From assembly GCF_006345805.1 (NCBI RefSeq), contig NW_021828090.1, forward strand, positions 1 through 36,568: a stretch of 36,568 bases of DNA. The letters are read 5' to 3'. A program made the translations under genes and the position numbers. Shown here in pieces: positions 11,078-21,497 of the stretch. Every line of letters starts with the position of its first letter. Position 1 is the first letter of the stretch. This stretch comes from Octopus sinensis (taxonomy: Eukaryota). Below the pieces are notes generated by a model. The model had not been told where the DNA came from. It made no database searches and worked only from the letters and a program-made list of their open reading frames with translations.

Positions 11078-11684
11078 TTTAGCTTAGTGACCTTGATTAG
11101 ACAAACCACTGGCGGAAATGGGGCAGCCGGAGATGCGGCAGGCAGAGTAGCAGCAGCCAAAAAAGCGACACACAAAAAAGATTTAATTAATTACCTTAAG
11201 CTGACCGTTTTTTCTTCAGCTTCGTTTTTCCTCCTTCGGTTATCTAGTTAAAAAATTATTTTTGAATAATAACAAAAGATTAGGAAAAGAGGCATACCAA
11301 AAATAAATTCTATCTTTACGAAAAACTTAACTAAATAGTTAATATTTTTACGCAAATTCTTCTGATTGCGCTGTCAATTGGTGGTAAATTGTGTTAATGA
11401 TTGTGCTAATGTGGTTTTAACTATCAAAGTGTTTTTCAAAATCTGTTAATTGCCCACTCTATTCAAGGTCGTGCAATCTGTAATTGCACATTCTGTCAAA
11501 GTCAAATATGATAATAGCTTTAATTTTGATTCATGGTCGATAATGATATATGCATTTAATTTTAAAGAAAAAATCATAGGATGAATTGAATTTCTTTATC
11601 GCGAATAATTGGGAGTTCATCATTGTTAATATTCTCGCTGTCGTTTTCATCAAGGATATTCTTAATACGTGAGATTTTTGCCTC

Positions 11685-12580
11685 GAAGGTTTTAATAGGC
11701 CTCATCATGAATGTCGAGGACATTAACGTTGTTCATTTTAATCAAATGCAGAAAATAATTTTTTGATTTTTTGGCGGGAAGGTTTTAAGGACCTCATCAT
11801 GTAATTCGAGGACATCGTAGTTGTTCATTTTAACCAAAATGCAGAAAATTTTTTTTTAATTTTTTTTGGGGGGAAGGTTTTAAGGACCTCATCATGTAAG
11901 TCGAGGACATCGTAGTTGTTCATTTTGACCAAAATGCAGAAAACTTTTTTTTTAATTTTTTTTGGGGGGAAGGTTTTAAGGACCTCATCATGTAAGTCGA
12001 GGACATCGTAGTTGTTCATTTTAACCAAAATGCAGAAATTTTTTTTTTAATTTTTTTTGGGGGGAAGGTTTTAAGGACTTCATCATGTAAGTCGAGGACA
12101 TTGTAGTTGTTCATTTTAACCAAAATGCAGAAAATTTTTTTTTAATTTTTTTTGGGGGGAAGGTTTTAAGGACTTCATCATGTAAGTCGAGGACATTGTA
12201 GTTGTTCATTTTAACCAAAATGCAGAAAATTTTTTTTTAATTTTTTTTGGGGGGAAGGTCTTAAGGACTTCATCATGTAAGTCGAGGACATTGTAGTTGT
12301 TCATTTTAACCAAAATGCAGAAAATTTTTTTTTAATTTTTTTTGGGGGGAAGGTTTTAAGGACTTCATCATGTAAGTCGAGGACATTGTAGTTGTTCATT
12401 TTAACCAAAATGCAGAAAATTTTTTTTTAATTTTTTTTGGGGGGAAGGTTTTAAGGACTTCATCATGTAAGTCGAGGACATTGTAGTTGTTCATTTTAAC
12501 CAAAATGCAGAAAATTTTTTTTTAATTTTTTTTGGGGGGAAGGTTTTAAGGACCTCATCATGTAAGTCGAGGACATCGTA
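11685..12580. repeat. 95-bp minisatellite, about 9.5 copies
   Basis: gaagg anchor at 11778, 11873, 11969, 12064, 12159, 12254, 12349, 12444 and 12539; near-identical units, with one diverged unit from about 11687. Confidence 0.95.
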
Positions 12581-12670
12581 TTGCCAATTTGAAGTTGGTG
12601 TGCACACACAGACAGACAGACAGACACACACCATATCATTTTATTATTAAGATGGAAGTGATTTTCTGCC

Positions 12671-12714
12671 AAAATTGCAATTGGTTGCCCTAATAATGAC
12701 AGAATCTCCGATAT
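12671..12714 (-). repeat. 44-bp perfect inverted copy of the hAT left-end/flank junction (13008-13051)
   Basis: aaaattgcaattggttgccctaataatgacagaatctccgatat is the exact reverse complement of 13008-13051. Confidence 0.9.
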
Positions 12715-12847
12715 GCTCCGCGGAAACTGCCACTCAATACGCAGCGCGGCATCGTTGAGCTGACCCTCAGGCCCTCGACAATTCCCTTAGCCACCCAATT
12801 GCTTACTTTTTTCTTTTTCTGCCAAATACAAAACAACTTGAAGGTCT

Positions 12848-13029
12848 GTGGCTTTTGACGCTGAAGATGAAAACGCGGAAATTTGTTATCAAACAAACTC
12901 GGATAATATTTCATCTGAAAATTGTGAATCTGTTTTGAAAAACATCACAAAAGCAGGCGAGAAAATGAAAAACAAAATAAAATGGAGCCACGATGAAGAA
13001 AATATAAATATCGGAGATTCTGTCATTAT
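12848..13029 (+). mobile_element. Ginger2/TDD-like C-terminal fragment, left part (interrupted by hAT copy A)
   Basis: ...NINIGDSVII; rejoins in frame with 19978 onward after removing the hAT and one TSD. Confidence 0.6.
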
Positions 13030-13237
13030 TAGGGCAACCAATTGCAATTTTTTGCAATTAAATATAATTTAATTAAAATTCGATAAATAATAAAGTAATG
13101 AATAGACATTAATTTTAATTATATTTTTATTCGATTTAAATTTGCAATTTTTTGTAGTCATTTTACAATTTTTTGCAATTTTTTTAAATTAAAAAAAAAA
13201 TTTTTTATTAAAAAATAATATAATTATAAGTAAAAGA

Positions 13238-16200
13238 AACTACAATTTTTGTTTAGTGGTGTAAGGATGGTTGGTTTTTCTCAGTCTGGAAAAGTCATTT
13301 CCATGGACGCATCCACAGAATACCAAGTAAATGACGCTCAAGAAAATGTGGATTTGTCTGTTCATGGCTGTCTTAATGCCCCTGTCAAATACAATGAAAC
13401 TCAGCAGCTCTCGTCAACTTTGTTATCCTTAAAAGCTATTTGTGAGTCTATTGATTCGTCCAACCCAGGAGAGTGGATGTCATCTCTTTTGAACTATGTC
13501 AAAGATCGTCTCAAGCGAGTACCTAGGGGAGGGTGGCCACTTATGGCCAGCTATTTTAATTCTAAATTTGGTAAGAAAAAATCGATATTCGAATTGAAAA
13601 AACTTGCTACTACTTTCCGCGGAAATAATGAAATCACCAAAACTGGACATAATATGAATAGAAAATTACCTGATTTGACACTGTACAACAAAATTTTTGA
13701 AGAATTATTAATTCAAATTGATCAAAATAAATCAATACCAATCGAAGAAAGGAAGCAAACAAGAAAGATTCAATCTCAGCATGTAAATCATGAAGTGATT
13801 GAAATGATTAATAAAGCCCTAATTGAATACACGTCGAATAACATTCCTGCAAGTATTGAGGATATTTCGTCTTTGATATACTCAGCACAATGTGTATATC
13901 AACAGATATCAAGTAAATTGACATTCAAGTCGAATTGGAAACAAAAAATCCAAAATAAAATTGAATCTTTGATGGAGAATGATCGGTTAATATCAAAGCA
14001 TTTTATGTCCACCACTAAAGATGAGGAACGGAAGAAAGCAGTAGACATTCTCTGCTCCTACAATTATAAGAAGTCTAAAAGGGGGGAGTTTGAGAGAATA
14101 TCGTCTACAATAAATGATCAAATCAAAATTCTAAACAAAAAGTTATCAGTTTCAGATTCAAGAAGGCAATATGGAATAGATAATAGAAACTTCGAGTTGA
14201 ACAGAAGATCGTTCTACAGAAAGCTGAATCCCAATTCTGATAACAAACAAATTGCTGGTTTTGACTCGTCTGAGTGTCTCAAGTTTTGGGGTGATGTTTG
14301 GAAGAAAAGGGATAAAACTGATTTGGGCCTTGGAGTGAACAAAAGAGTAACTGGAGTGGAAGATAATGCACCTGACGTTAGCGACGAGTTTATATCAAAC
14401 TTAATTGAGTACCTTCCTAATTGGAAGGCTCCGGGATGTGATGCTGTGTACAATTTCTTTATCAAAAAGCTGGACTCTCTTCACAAATTTCTTTTCCAAG
14501 TGATCAGAAATATTATTAATGGTGTCAGTCAACCACAAGGATGGTTTTACACTGGAATTACATTTTTAATCCCAAAGAAAGCAAACTCTGTTGATCCGAA
14601 GGACCTTAGACCAATTACATGCATGCCGTGCTTATATAAATTGGTCACAAAATGTGTGAACGAAAAAATCGCTGTATATGCTGATACTTACGATCTGATA
14701 ACGGAGTTCCAGTTGGGATCTAAACGCCATTGCCAAGGAGCAAAGGAATTAGCGCTTCTAAATAGATGCGTTAATGAAGTTTATGGAAACAAATTATTAT
14801 GTGCATGGATCGACGTAAAGAAAGCTTTTGACTCAGTGAGTCACGAATTTCTTTTTGAAGTTTTGGAAAACTCAGGACTACCTAAATGGATAACGAAATT
14901 TATGATGTCAATAATTCCTAACTGGAGAGTGTCGTTAAGATTAGGAAAAGAGCTGCTTGGAACAGTTAATATTGATCGTGGTATACTCCAAGGTGACTCA
15001 CTGTCACCACAGTTATTTGTATTGGTCTTGGATCCATTAAGCAGGATTTTATCTTTAAAATATCCGAGTATGTCAATCAATACTGGTGAAGACAAGTCCT
15101 TAACCTTTTCTACCAATCATTTTCTATTCATCGATGATTTGAAGCTTTTTGCTCAGAAGGAAGAGACACTGGCACGCATGATGGAGGATGTGAACATTTA
15201 CTTTAAACTGGCTGGTTTGGAGAAGAATTTTGAGAAATCAGCGACAAATTGTTATTTGTTGAGGAATGAAGCTACATTAATGGATGGACTAGATAGCTAT
15301 CGCTATCTGGGGGTGCTAGAAGACAGATGCAGTAATGCTCTTAAAGAGGATGTACTCAAAAATATTAAAGAAGAAATGCAAAAGCGTATTGGAAGACTAT
15401 CGGAAACTAAACTAAATGCAGTCAATCTATTTAGAGCAATTAATGAGCATGCTCTATCGCTGATTAACTATTATATCGGTCTACTCGATCTGGAACCATC
15501 TTGTTTCGAAGAAATGGACAAGTTTGTCAGAAAGCTGTTGGCTGATTTGAAAATTCACATGAAGCCAGCCTGTAAAGAAAGACTGTATCTGCCAAGAGAT
15601 ACACTTGGAAGGGGACTTGTATCAGTTGCCTTTAAGGCGGAAAAAATGCTGTTGGACTTCAAAACCAATTTGGAAAGGCGAAAGTTAATCTCCTTGAGAA
15701 AAGCAGCAATTTTGTGGGCCGAACAGAAAAGGAAAACCCATATGGCCACAATCACAGAATTCTTGCATTGTAAATATGGAACAACCACACTCGATGAGAT
15801 TGCTAAATCACTACGTGACTTGCAGATAGAGTCACTGTTGCTTAGTATTAAAAAGAAAAGGTTGCATTCGAAGCTATTTGAGTCGCTTGAAAATAATACT
15901 TTTGATATCCCAACATCTTCAACATGGCTAAAGAAAGGGAATATATCTCCTAAATCTGAGGCAATGTTCTCTTTTCTTCAAGACAGAAACGTCTTTTTCA
16001 GAAACTCTGATGAAAAATGCCCACATTGTAAATCCTCGCCTAAAACCGTGGACCATCTTGCGACGCGATGCAGTAGAATGCTAAATTCAGATTATACCAG
16101 AAGGCATAACGAGATTGTGAGGTGTGTTCACATGCACTTGTGTCGGAGATTTGGAATGAAGAAGTCCAAGAGACTGAAAAACCACTCCGTGCAGTGTATA

Positions 16201-16804
16201 ATGTCGAATAGCTCTGCGGAAATTCGGGTCGATACTACAATTCCAACTGAACTAAAAATACAATATAACAAGCCTGATATATTCCTGTATGACAAGAAGG
16301 AAAATTTGATATGGATCATTGAAGTGGGTGTTACCTCGATAGATAATTTGAAATCGGTGGAAGTGGAAAAAATGCATAAATACGACATTCTAGCCAGTGA
16401 ATTACAATTAATTCACAAGGCTAAGGTAAAGATTGTACCGATTGTCCTCACGTGGGATGGGATAGTCTCTACATTCTTCAGAAAATATATGGACCTTCTT
16501 AAAATCAAAGAAAGTGTGCAAGCATACATCCAGACTGTTGGTTTGAAAAAAACAATGGAAAGCATGATAGTAGAACACAAATTTGGCTTCGAAAATATGT
16601 CTACCTCAGGTAACTCATTTGACGAAGGACGGAAATCGGTGAAGAGACGGCGAGATTCTGTAGTTTCCGCCGATGAAGGAAACAACTCCGAAGTGGGAAC
16701 AGATAGCGGGAAGAGGATTCCGAGAGTAAACTTGGCGGAGCAAACTAATATGGAAAAGGAAAGTTAATTAGTTAATTAATTATTTTATCTTTCATTGTTA
16801 AAAA

Positions 16805-16840
<36 letters not shown>
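13238..16840 (+). mobile_element. R4/Dong-like RLE non-LTR retrotransposon, apparently complete
   Basis: TSD (A)TAAGTAAAAG(A) at 13226-13237 and 16840-16851; AATAAA then a 34-nt poly(A) at 16807-16840; the empty site is visible in copy B near 29000-29030. Confidence 0.95.
13249..16767 (+). CDS. Intact RT + CCHC + restriction-like endonuclease polyprotein (first ATG at 13267)
   Basis: WKAPGCD, RPITC, DVKKAFDSV, GILQGDSLSP, FIDDLKL, YRYLG, CPHC..DHL..C, RRHN, KPDI, IIEVG, K..KY; no internal stops in 1172 codons. Confidence 0.95.
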   Translation: MFSGVRMVGFSQSGKVISMDASTEYQVNDAQENVDLSVHGCLNAPVKYNETQQLSSTLLSLKAICESIDSSNPGEWMSSLLNYVKDRLKRVPRGGWPLMASYFNSKFGKKKSIFELKKLATTFRGNNEITKTGHNMNRKLPDLTLYNKIFEELLIQIDQNKSIPIEERKQTRKIQSQHVNHEVIEMINKALIEYTSNNIPASIEDISSLIYSAQCVYQQISSKLTFKSNWKQKIQNKIESLMENDRLISKHFMSTTKDEERKKAVDILCSYNYKKSKRGEFERISSTINDQIKILNKKLSVSDSRRQYGIDNRNFELNRRSFYRKLNPNSDNKQIAGFDSSECLKFWGDVWKKRDKTDLGLGVNKRVTGVEDNAPDVSDEFISNLIEYLPNWKAPGCDAVYNFFIKKLDSLHKFLFQVIRNIINGVSQPQGWFYTGITFLIPKKANSVDPKDLRPITCMPCLYKLVTKCVNEKIAVYADTYDLITEFQLGSKRHCQGAKELALLNRCVNEVYGNKLLCAWIDVKKAFDSVSHEFLFEVLENSGLPKWITKFMMSIIPNWRVSLRLGKELLGTVNIDRGILQGDSLSPQLFVLVLDPLSRILSLKYPSMSINTGEDKSLTFSTNHFLFIDDLKLFAQKEETLARMMEDVNIYFKLAGLEKNFEKSATNCYLLRNEATLMDGLDSYRYLGVLEDRCSNALKEDVLKNIKEEMQKRIGRLSETKLNAVNLFRAINEHALSLINYYIGLLDLEPSCFEEMDKFVRKLLADLKIHMKPACKERLYLPRDTLGRGLVSVAFKAEKMLLDFKTNLERRKLISLRKAAILWAEQKRKTHMATITEFLHCKYGTTTLDEIAKSLRDLQIESLLLSIKKKRLHSKLFESLENNTFDIPTSSTWLKKGNISPKSEAMFSFLQDRNVFFRNSDEKCPHCKSSPKTVDHLATRCSRMLNSDYTRRHNEIVRCVHMHLCRRFGMKKSKRLKNHSVQCIMSNSSAEIRVDTTIPTELKIQYNKPDIFLYDKKENLIWIIEVGVTSIDNLKSVEVEKMHKYDILASELQLIHKAKVKIVPIVLTWDGIVSTFFRKYMDLLKIKESVQAYIQTVGLKKTMESMIVEHKFGFENMSTSGNSFDEGRKSVKRRRDSVVSADEGNNSEVGTDSGKRIPRVNLAEQTNMEKES

Positions 16841-16842
<2 letters not shown>

Positions 16843-17060
16843 AGTAAAAGATTATTAAAACGTGTTTTAGTTGTTTGTTGTAATGGGTAAAAGGACAGTG
16901 TCACAGAAAATTTCATTTTATGCAAAGAAATTCCCCGAGTTTGTTATTGACAGTGAAGGGAATTTATTTTGCTCCAATTGCTCAACTGTTGTACGGTGTG
17001 ACACAAAATTTTTTGTTGATGCGCACCGTTCTTCAAAAAAACATTTAAAAGCACACAGTA

Positions 17061-18522
17061 CAGTGGGCGCAAAAAAAATCCGGTTTTCTTATTTTTCGAA
17101 TTTTTCAATATAAATTTTATATTATTTTTTTTTAATTTAGTATCATTTTGAAATGTAAATCGAGTATGTTTTTAATTTTAAGTATTTTTATTTTTCATAG
17201 AGATATCTTGAATTTAATTTTAAAATGCGCAAAAAAAACTCGGTTTTTTTAATTATTGAGTCTTTTATTCTCAAAAATTTGAAATTGTCATTTTTGTTGT
17301 TGTTGGATGTCGTGTATTTCAGAAATTGTGAAAGGACAAATTATTCAACTTTATTTCCTTAATTGGACATATAAACAAATTTCAGAAGAAGTAGAAATTC
17401 CCAGATCAACAGTGGGAGATTACATACGTAAATACAAAAAATATGGAACAACACAGAGACTGTCCGGTTCTGGAAGACCTAGGACATTAAATAATGATGA
17501 TATAAATACTTTATTGACGCTTGTTTCTGACAATCCGAAAAAATCTTCCCGTTGCCTGTCAAAGGATCTTCATTCTTTGACAGGAAAAATCGTCTCAAAA
17601 CGAACAATTGGGAATTATCTGAAACAAAAGGAAATATATTCACGTGTGTGTCAAAAAAAACCGTATCTGTCTAAAATTAATATCGAAAAACGATATTCCT
17701 TGTCAAAAAATTTATCGCACTGAATATGACGTCATGGAAATCAACTATTTTTAGTGATGAATGCTGTTTCGAAATTTTTAATCACAAAAAAAAGGAATTT
17801 TGTTATAGGAAAAACAACACACGTCTAGAAAAATCGCACTTATCTCCACTGTTAAATTTGGAGGGGGAAAAATAATGGTGTGGGGATGTTTCGGGTATTA
17901 TGGAGTAGGCAATCTAGTATTTATAAATGGAACTATGAACTCAGCAACTTATGTGAACATATTATCAAATAATCTGTGGGAGTCCGCTGCGAAAATGTGC
18001 TTGAATGAATTCATATTCCAACAAGACATGGCTCCTCCACACACATCAAAGATCACGAAAGATTTCTTTGCCGAAAGAAGCGTCAAACTATTGGATTGGG
18101 CACCGCAATCGCCAGATTTAAATCCAATAGAACATCTTTGGGCATATATTAAAAGTAAATTGTACGAAAATCCTCCAAAAAATATGCATGAGCTGAAAGA
18201 TAAAATTATCGAAATTTGGGAAAATATGCCGAAAGATCTAATACAGAAACTCATAAACAGCATGCCGAGAAGGGTGTACGATGTTTTTATGGCTAAAGGA
18301 CGGCATATTAAATATTAATTTGACATTTTTTTAAAAAACCGGGTTTTTTTTGCGCATTGTAAATTTAATTGGAAATATCTCTTGAAAAAAATAATGAAAA
18401 TAATCAAAATAAAAAAATAAGAGTTACTTTTCACTAAAATTTAAGATTAAAAAAAAATATTATATCGCACAATATAAAAAAATAGAGAAATTAGAAAACC
18501 GGATTTTTTTTTGCGCCCACTG
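17061..18522 (+). mobile_element. Tc1-family transposon (1462 bp), IR/DR-type ends
   Basis: TA duplication (17059-60, 18523-24); TIR CAGTGGGCGCAAAAAAAATCCGGTTTTCT; inner repeats of the binding motif at about 17225-17250 and 18332-18358. Confidence 0.97.
17307..18318 (+). CDS. Tc1 DD34E transposase with a single 1-nt frameshift near 17722
   Basis: HTH region with SGRP, FSDE, FQQD(34)E, SPDLNPIEHLW; restoring one G (TGG AAT ATG ACG TCA TGG) gives the canonical H-W-x4-W; no introns. Confidence 0.9.
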
Positions 18523-19977
18523 TATTTCTTTGAATTTAAATTTATAGAATGGACAAATTCATCTCAGAGTTCACAAACATTTCTTTCGGCGATAACGGAT
18601 ACTCGAAAGGATTGGGGGATCAAAGTAACACAAGCGTTTTTGGAGGCAAACATACCAATTTATAAAATCAGACATCCTTCCCTCATACGGCTTTTTGAGC
18701 AGGAAACATATCCTTTGCCATCTGAATCATCTTGAAGGTTAAATGTTAAAGAAATATCAAAATATAAAATTAATACCATTCAGACTCATTTACTGTTGTT
18801 TTTTTTAAGTTATTCAATAGTGGGGAATGTGTTTTTTTTTGTTTGTGATGAAGCCCAATCAATGGAACTCGTTTTTTAATTACTTTGATTGGGAAAATCT
18901 CCACTCCAAAAAATCTTCATTTAGTATCGTGTACCAATCTATATTATCCGCCTACTACTTCAACAATTTGTGTTGAGGTGGACAAAGTAATAAAGAAATT
19001 TTCTATTGAACGTGAAAATTTTATATTATTCGTTACAGATGGGGCGAGATATATGACCAGTGGTATATATAAATAAATTTAATTTTAGCTGGGGCATCAA
19101 TGAAATTGATATACCAAAATCTTTTCCACGTGACTTGCGTGTCACATTTATTGCACAACTGTGCTCTAAAGATTAAGGCATACTTCGCAGATGTTGATGA
19201 ATTGATTTCGTCTATAAAGGCTGCCACAGTCAAAAACAAGAGACGTTTGGAGATGTTTTCACGAATCGGAAATCCACCCGAAGTTGTGGTTACAAGATGG
19301 GGAAGCTGGCTAAAAGCAGCAAAATATTACTCCCAGAATCTTCCAGAAATTATTAAAATCGTATCTGAATTTGAAGGAGATGGAGTTTTAATACAAAATG
19401 TTTTAGTTTTTAATTATTTTAGGCAAAAAAATCAGTGAATAATCCTACGTTGTTTCCAAGCTTAACCCAAATCAGTTCAAATTATTTGGGATTAATTGAA
19501 ATGATTTCAAATACTGAATTGCTTGATTACTCCATTGCAACAGCTTATGGTGATCTAAACACCCTAGACTTTACATCAGATCCATGCGACATAAAATCCT
19601 ATATATCAAAAAAGCTTGAGAAATCAGGAATACTAAGTATTCTTGAATTCTCAAATAAGAATCTATCGCCAGAAGTTTATTCACATCTCAGAAAATGTAG
19701 CGCAAGTTCAGCATCTATCGAAAGGGCAATATCTCTTTTGACGAAAATTCTTAGTAAAGAGAGGAACTTTAAACCTGAAAATGTTCAGGAATATTTGATT
19801 TCCTATTACAATAAATAATTTCGTTAATTTTTTGCATAATGTAATGTTTACAATTAAAAAAAATTATTTTTGCAATTTTTTACAATTTTTAAAATTCATT
19901 TTTGCAATTTTTTACAATTTTTAAAATTCATTTTTGCAATTTTTTTTATTAAAAAGTGCAATTTTTTGGTTGCCCTA

Positions 19978-20090
19978 GTCATTATTAAACATGACATCGA
20001 TGCTAATACCAACAATAGAAGGCTTCCCTTATTTGATAATGTCGATACAACAAAATATAAAATTATCAAAGAAAATAATTACAAATATTC
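19978..20090 (+). mobile_element. Ginger2/TDD-like C-terminal fragment, right part
   Basis: Rejoined sequence reads IGDSVIIKHDIDANTNNRRLPL, resembling the C-terminal IGD.V.I region of the other Ginger2-like copies. Confidence 0.55.
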
Positions 20091-20385
20091 TTTAGGGATG
20101 TCTGTTCGGGGGGCCAATGCCGATGTGGGAGTAAAGTCGATACCAAAGGACTACATCCCCTGTCATGCAGAAGGAGTGCTGGCCGTGCTCCCAGACACTC
20201 CGCTATCAACGAGACTATTTCGGCTGCGTTACATGCAGCTGGATTCCCGACAGAACTGGAACCCGTTGGGCTTGACCGTGGAGACGGTAAACGCCCAGAT
20301 GGAGTCACCATTTTCCCGTGGAGTAATGGGAAATGCCTCGCGTGGGACTCCACGTGCACAGACACCTTCTCAAAGACCAATATAG

Positions 20386-20838
20386 TTGACTCCGCGATCA
20401 GTCCAGGTTATACTTGAACCTCCTTTAAGGAATAAACCTGAACGTACTAACATTCGTAATAAAGTCCACGCCAAGCTTATGGAAAATGATGTTAAAGCAG
20501 CTGTCCGCCATGTGGCTTCCGATGACATTGTTCTACCTCCGTTGGAAGAGCTTCTCGAGTCACTCAAGCTTAAACACCCGGCTGCCCCCACCGACCTCCG
20601 TGCTTTGCCAGTCCTCTCTGGAACCCCTGATCGTATCCCGGAAGTACTCAGGAACCAACTCAGTCAGGTTCAAGAGGTCGAATCTGCCGTTCCACGAGGC
20701 ACTTATGACCGAATTGTGAAGAGGCTTGGCACTTCGCAATTATCGGAGGGACCATTATGTGGGACGATAACACAGGAAGAGGTTGAAAAGGCAATTGCTG
20801 GGTTGAAGAACAATATCCCTCGCGATAGTACGCTCTAA
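20386..20838 (+). mobile_element. Chimeric non-LTR fragment: CRE pre-RT region fused to an APE-type pre-RT region
   Basis: KLMENDVKAAVRHVASDD...LKHPAAP (CRE-like) then ITQEEVEKAIAGLKNN (APE-LINE-like). Confidence 0.6.
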
Positions 20839-21032
20839 TTCTTTCTCGATCGCGTCGGCTTCCCGTCCATGAAGTTTAGTTTCGGATTACTTTTTATGTA
20901 TAAAAATGAAATAGGTAAAAAATCGAAGGAGTTCACCATTCGAAATTATCTAAAATTGAATAATTTATTAAATTTATAATAAATTTCAAATAAATAATAA
21001 ATTTGCAATATTAAAATTATTTTTTTAGAAAT

Positions 21033-21265
21033 AAGTAAATGAAAGAAATTAAAGGAACTAAATCTAAAAATATCACAAAAAGTATAAATAAGTAAAAAAA
21101 GGAGATTAAAAGAACAAAATCGAAAAGCATCACAAAAATTATAAATAAGAAATAAGTAAAAATGGATATTAAATGAACTAAATCGAAAAATATCGCAAAA
21201 AGTATAAATAAGTAAAAAAAAAAGTAGATTAAAGGAATAAAATCGAAAAATATCACAAAAATGAT
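21033..21265. repeat. A-rich minisatellite, paralogue of 4374-4765 (about 4 units)
   Basis: Same aaatcgaaaaatatcacaaaaagtataaataagtaaaaaa unit. Confidence 0.8.
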
Positions 21266-21497
21266 GAACTTTCAGATAATTAAATCATTAAACGAAATAC
21301 ATCTTAATTATTCCTTCTGAATCCAATTAGGATAAAAAATAAAATGTAGCAAAAAATTAAGAGAGCACCACAAAGTAAATCAACAGCGTGTTCACACGTG
21401 GCTTAATTTATTAGGTATTAGGTTTGCCATTAAAAATTAAGATAATTGACAATAATTAATGAAAAAAACTTTATTTTTTATTACAAACCAGTTTTGA

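Larger units (their letters stand above)
10522..12652 (-). mobile_element. Complete non-autonomous Helitron (2131 bp)
   Basis: Minus strand starts A|TC at 12652 followed by a (TGTC)n microsatellite, and ends with a GC-rich tract then CTAG|T at 10522; no TSD; contains a helicase remnant and a minisatellite. Confidence 0.85.
16883..19818 (+). pseudogene. Disrupted transposase gene of hAT copy A
   Basis: Same exons as copy B; Tc1 inserted in intron 1; TGC>TGA at 18733-18735; +1/-1 indels near 18840-18860. Confidence 0.85.
13030..19977 (+). mobile_element. CGGBP1-like hAT transposon, copy A, carrying two nested insertions
   Basis: TIRs TAGGGCAACCAA / TTGGTTGCCCTA; 8-bp TSD GTCATTAT at 13022-13029 and 19978-19985; nearly identical to 28808-30656 once the nested elements are removed. 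Confidence 0.95.

Noticed and set aside
11685-12580. CRISPR-like array or repeat-protein ORF 11825-12028
   Set aside because: Units are contiguous with no unique spacers and the context is eukaryotic; the ORF is a by-product of the minisatellite
13226-13237. R4 target ATAAGTAAAAG resembling the minisatellite core, suggesting sequence-specific targeting
   Set aside because: Low-complexity motif in AT-rich DNA; the other R4-like copy at 5417 is in the opposite orientation to the nearby motif
14214-16685. Several antisense ORFs within the R4-like ORF and other TE genes
   Set aside because: Shadow ORFs on the opposite strand of real coding sequence, with no motifs
17715-17740. TGA read as Trp in the Tc1 transposase, as support for an altered genetic code
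   Set aside because: A single missing G (TGG AAT) explains both the stop and the frame change
18730-18738. TGA in hAT copy A as recoding
   Set aside because: Copy B has TGC (Cys) there, so it is a point mutation or sequencing error
21017-21256. Hydrophobic minus-strand ORF resembling a membrane protein
   Set aside because: It is the translation of the A-rich minisatellite
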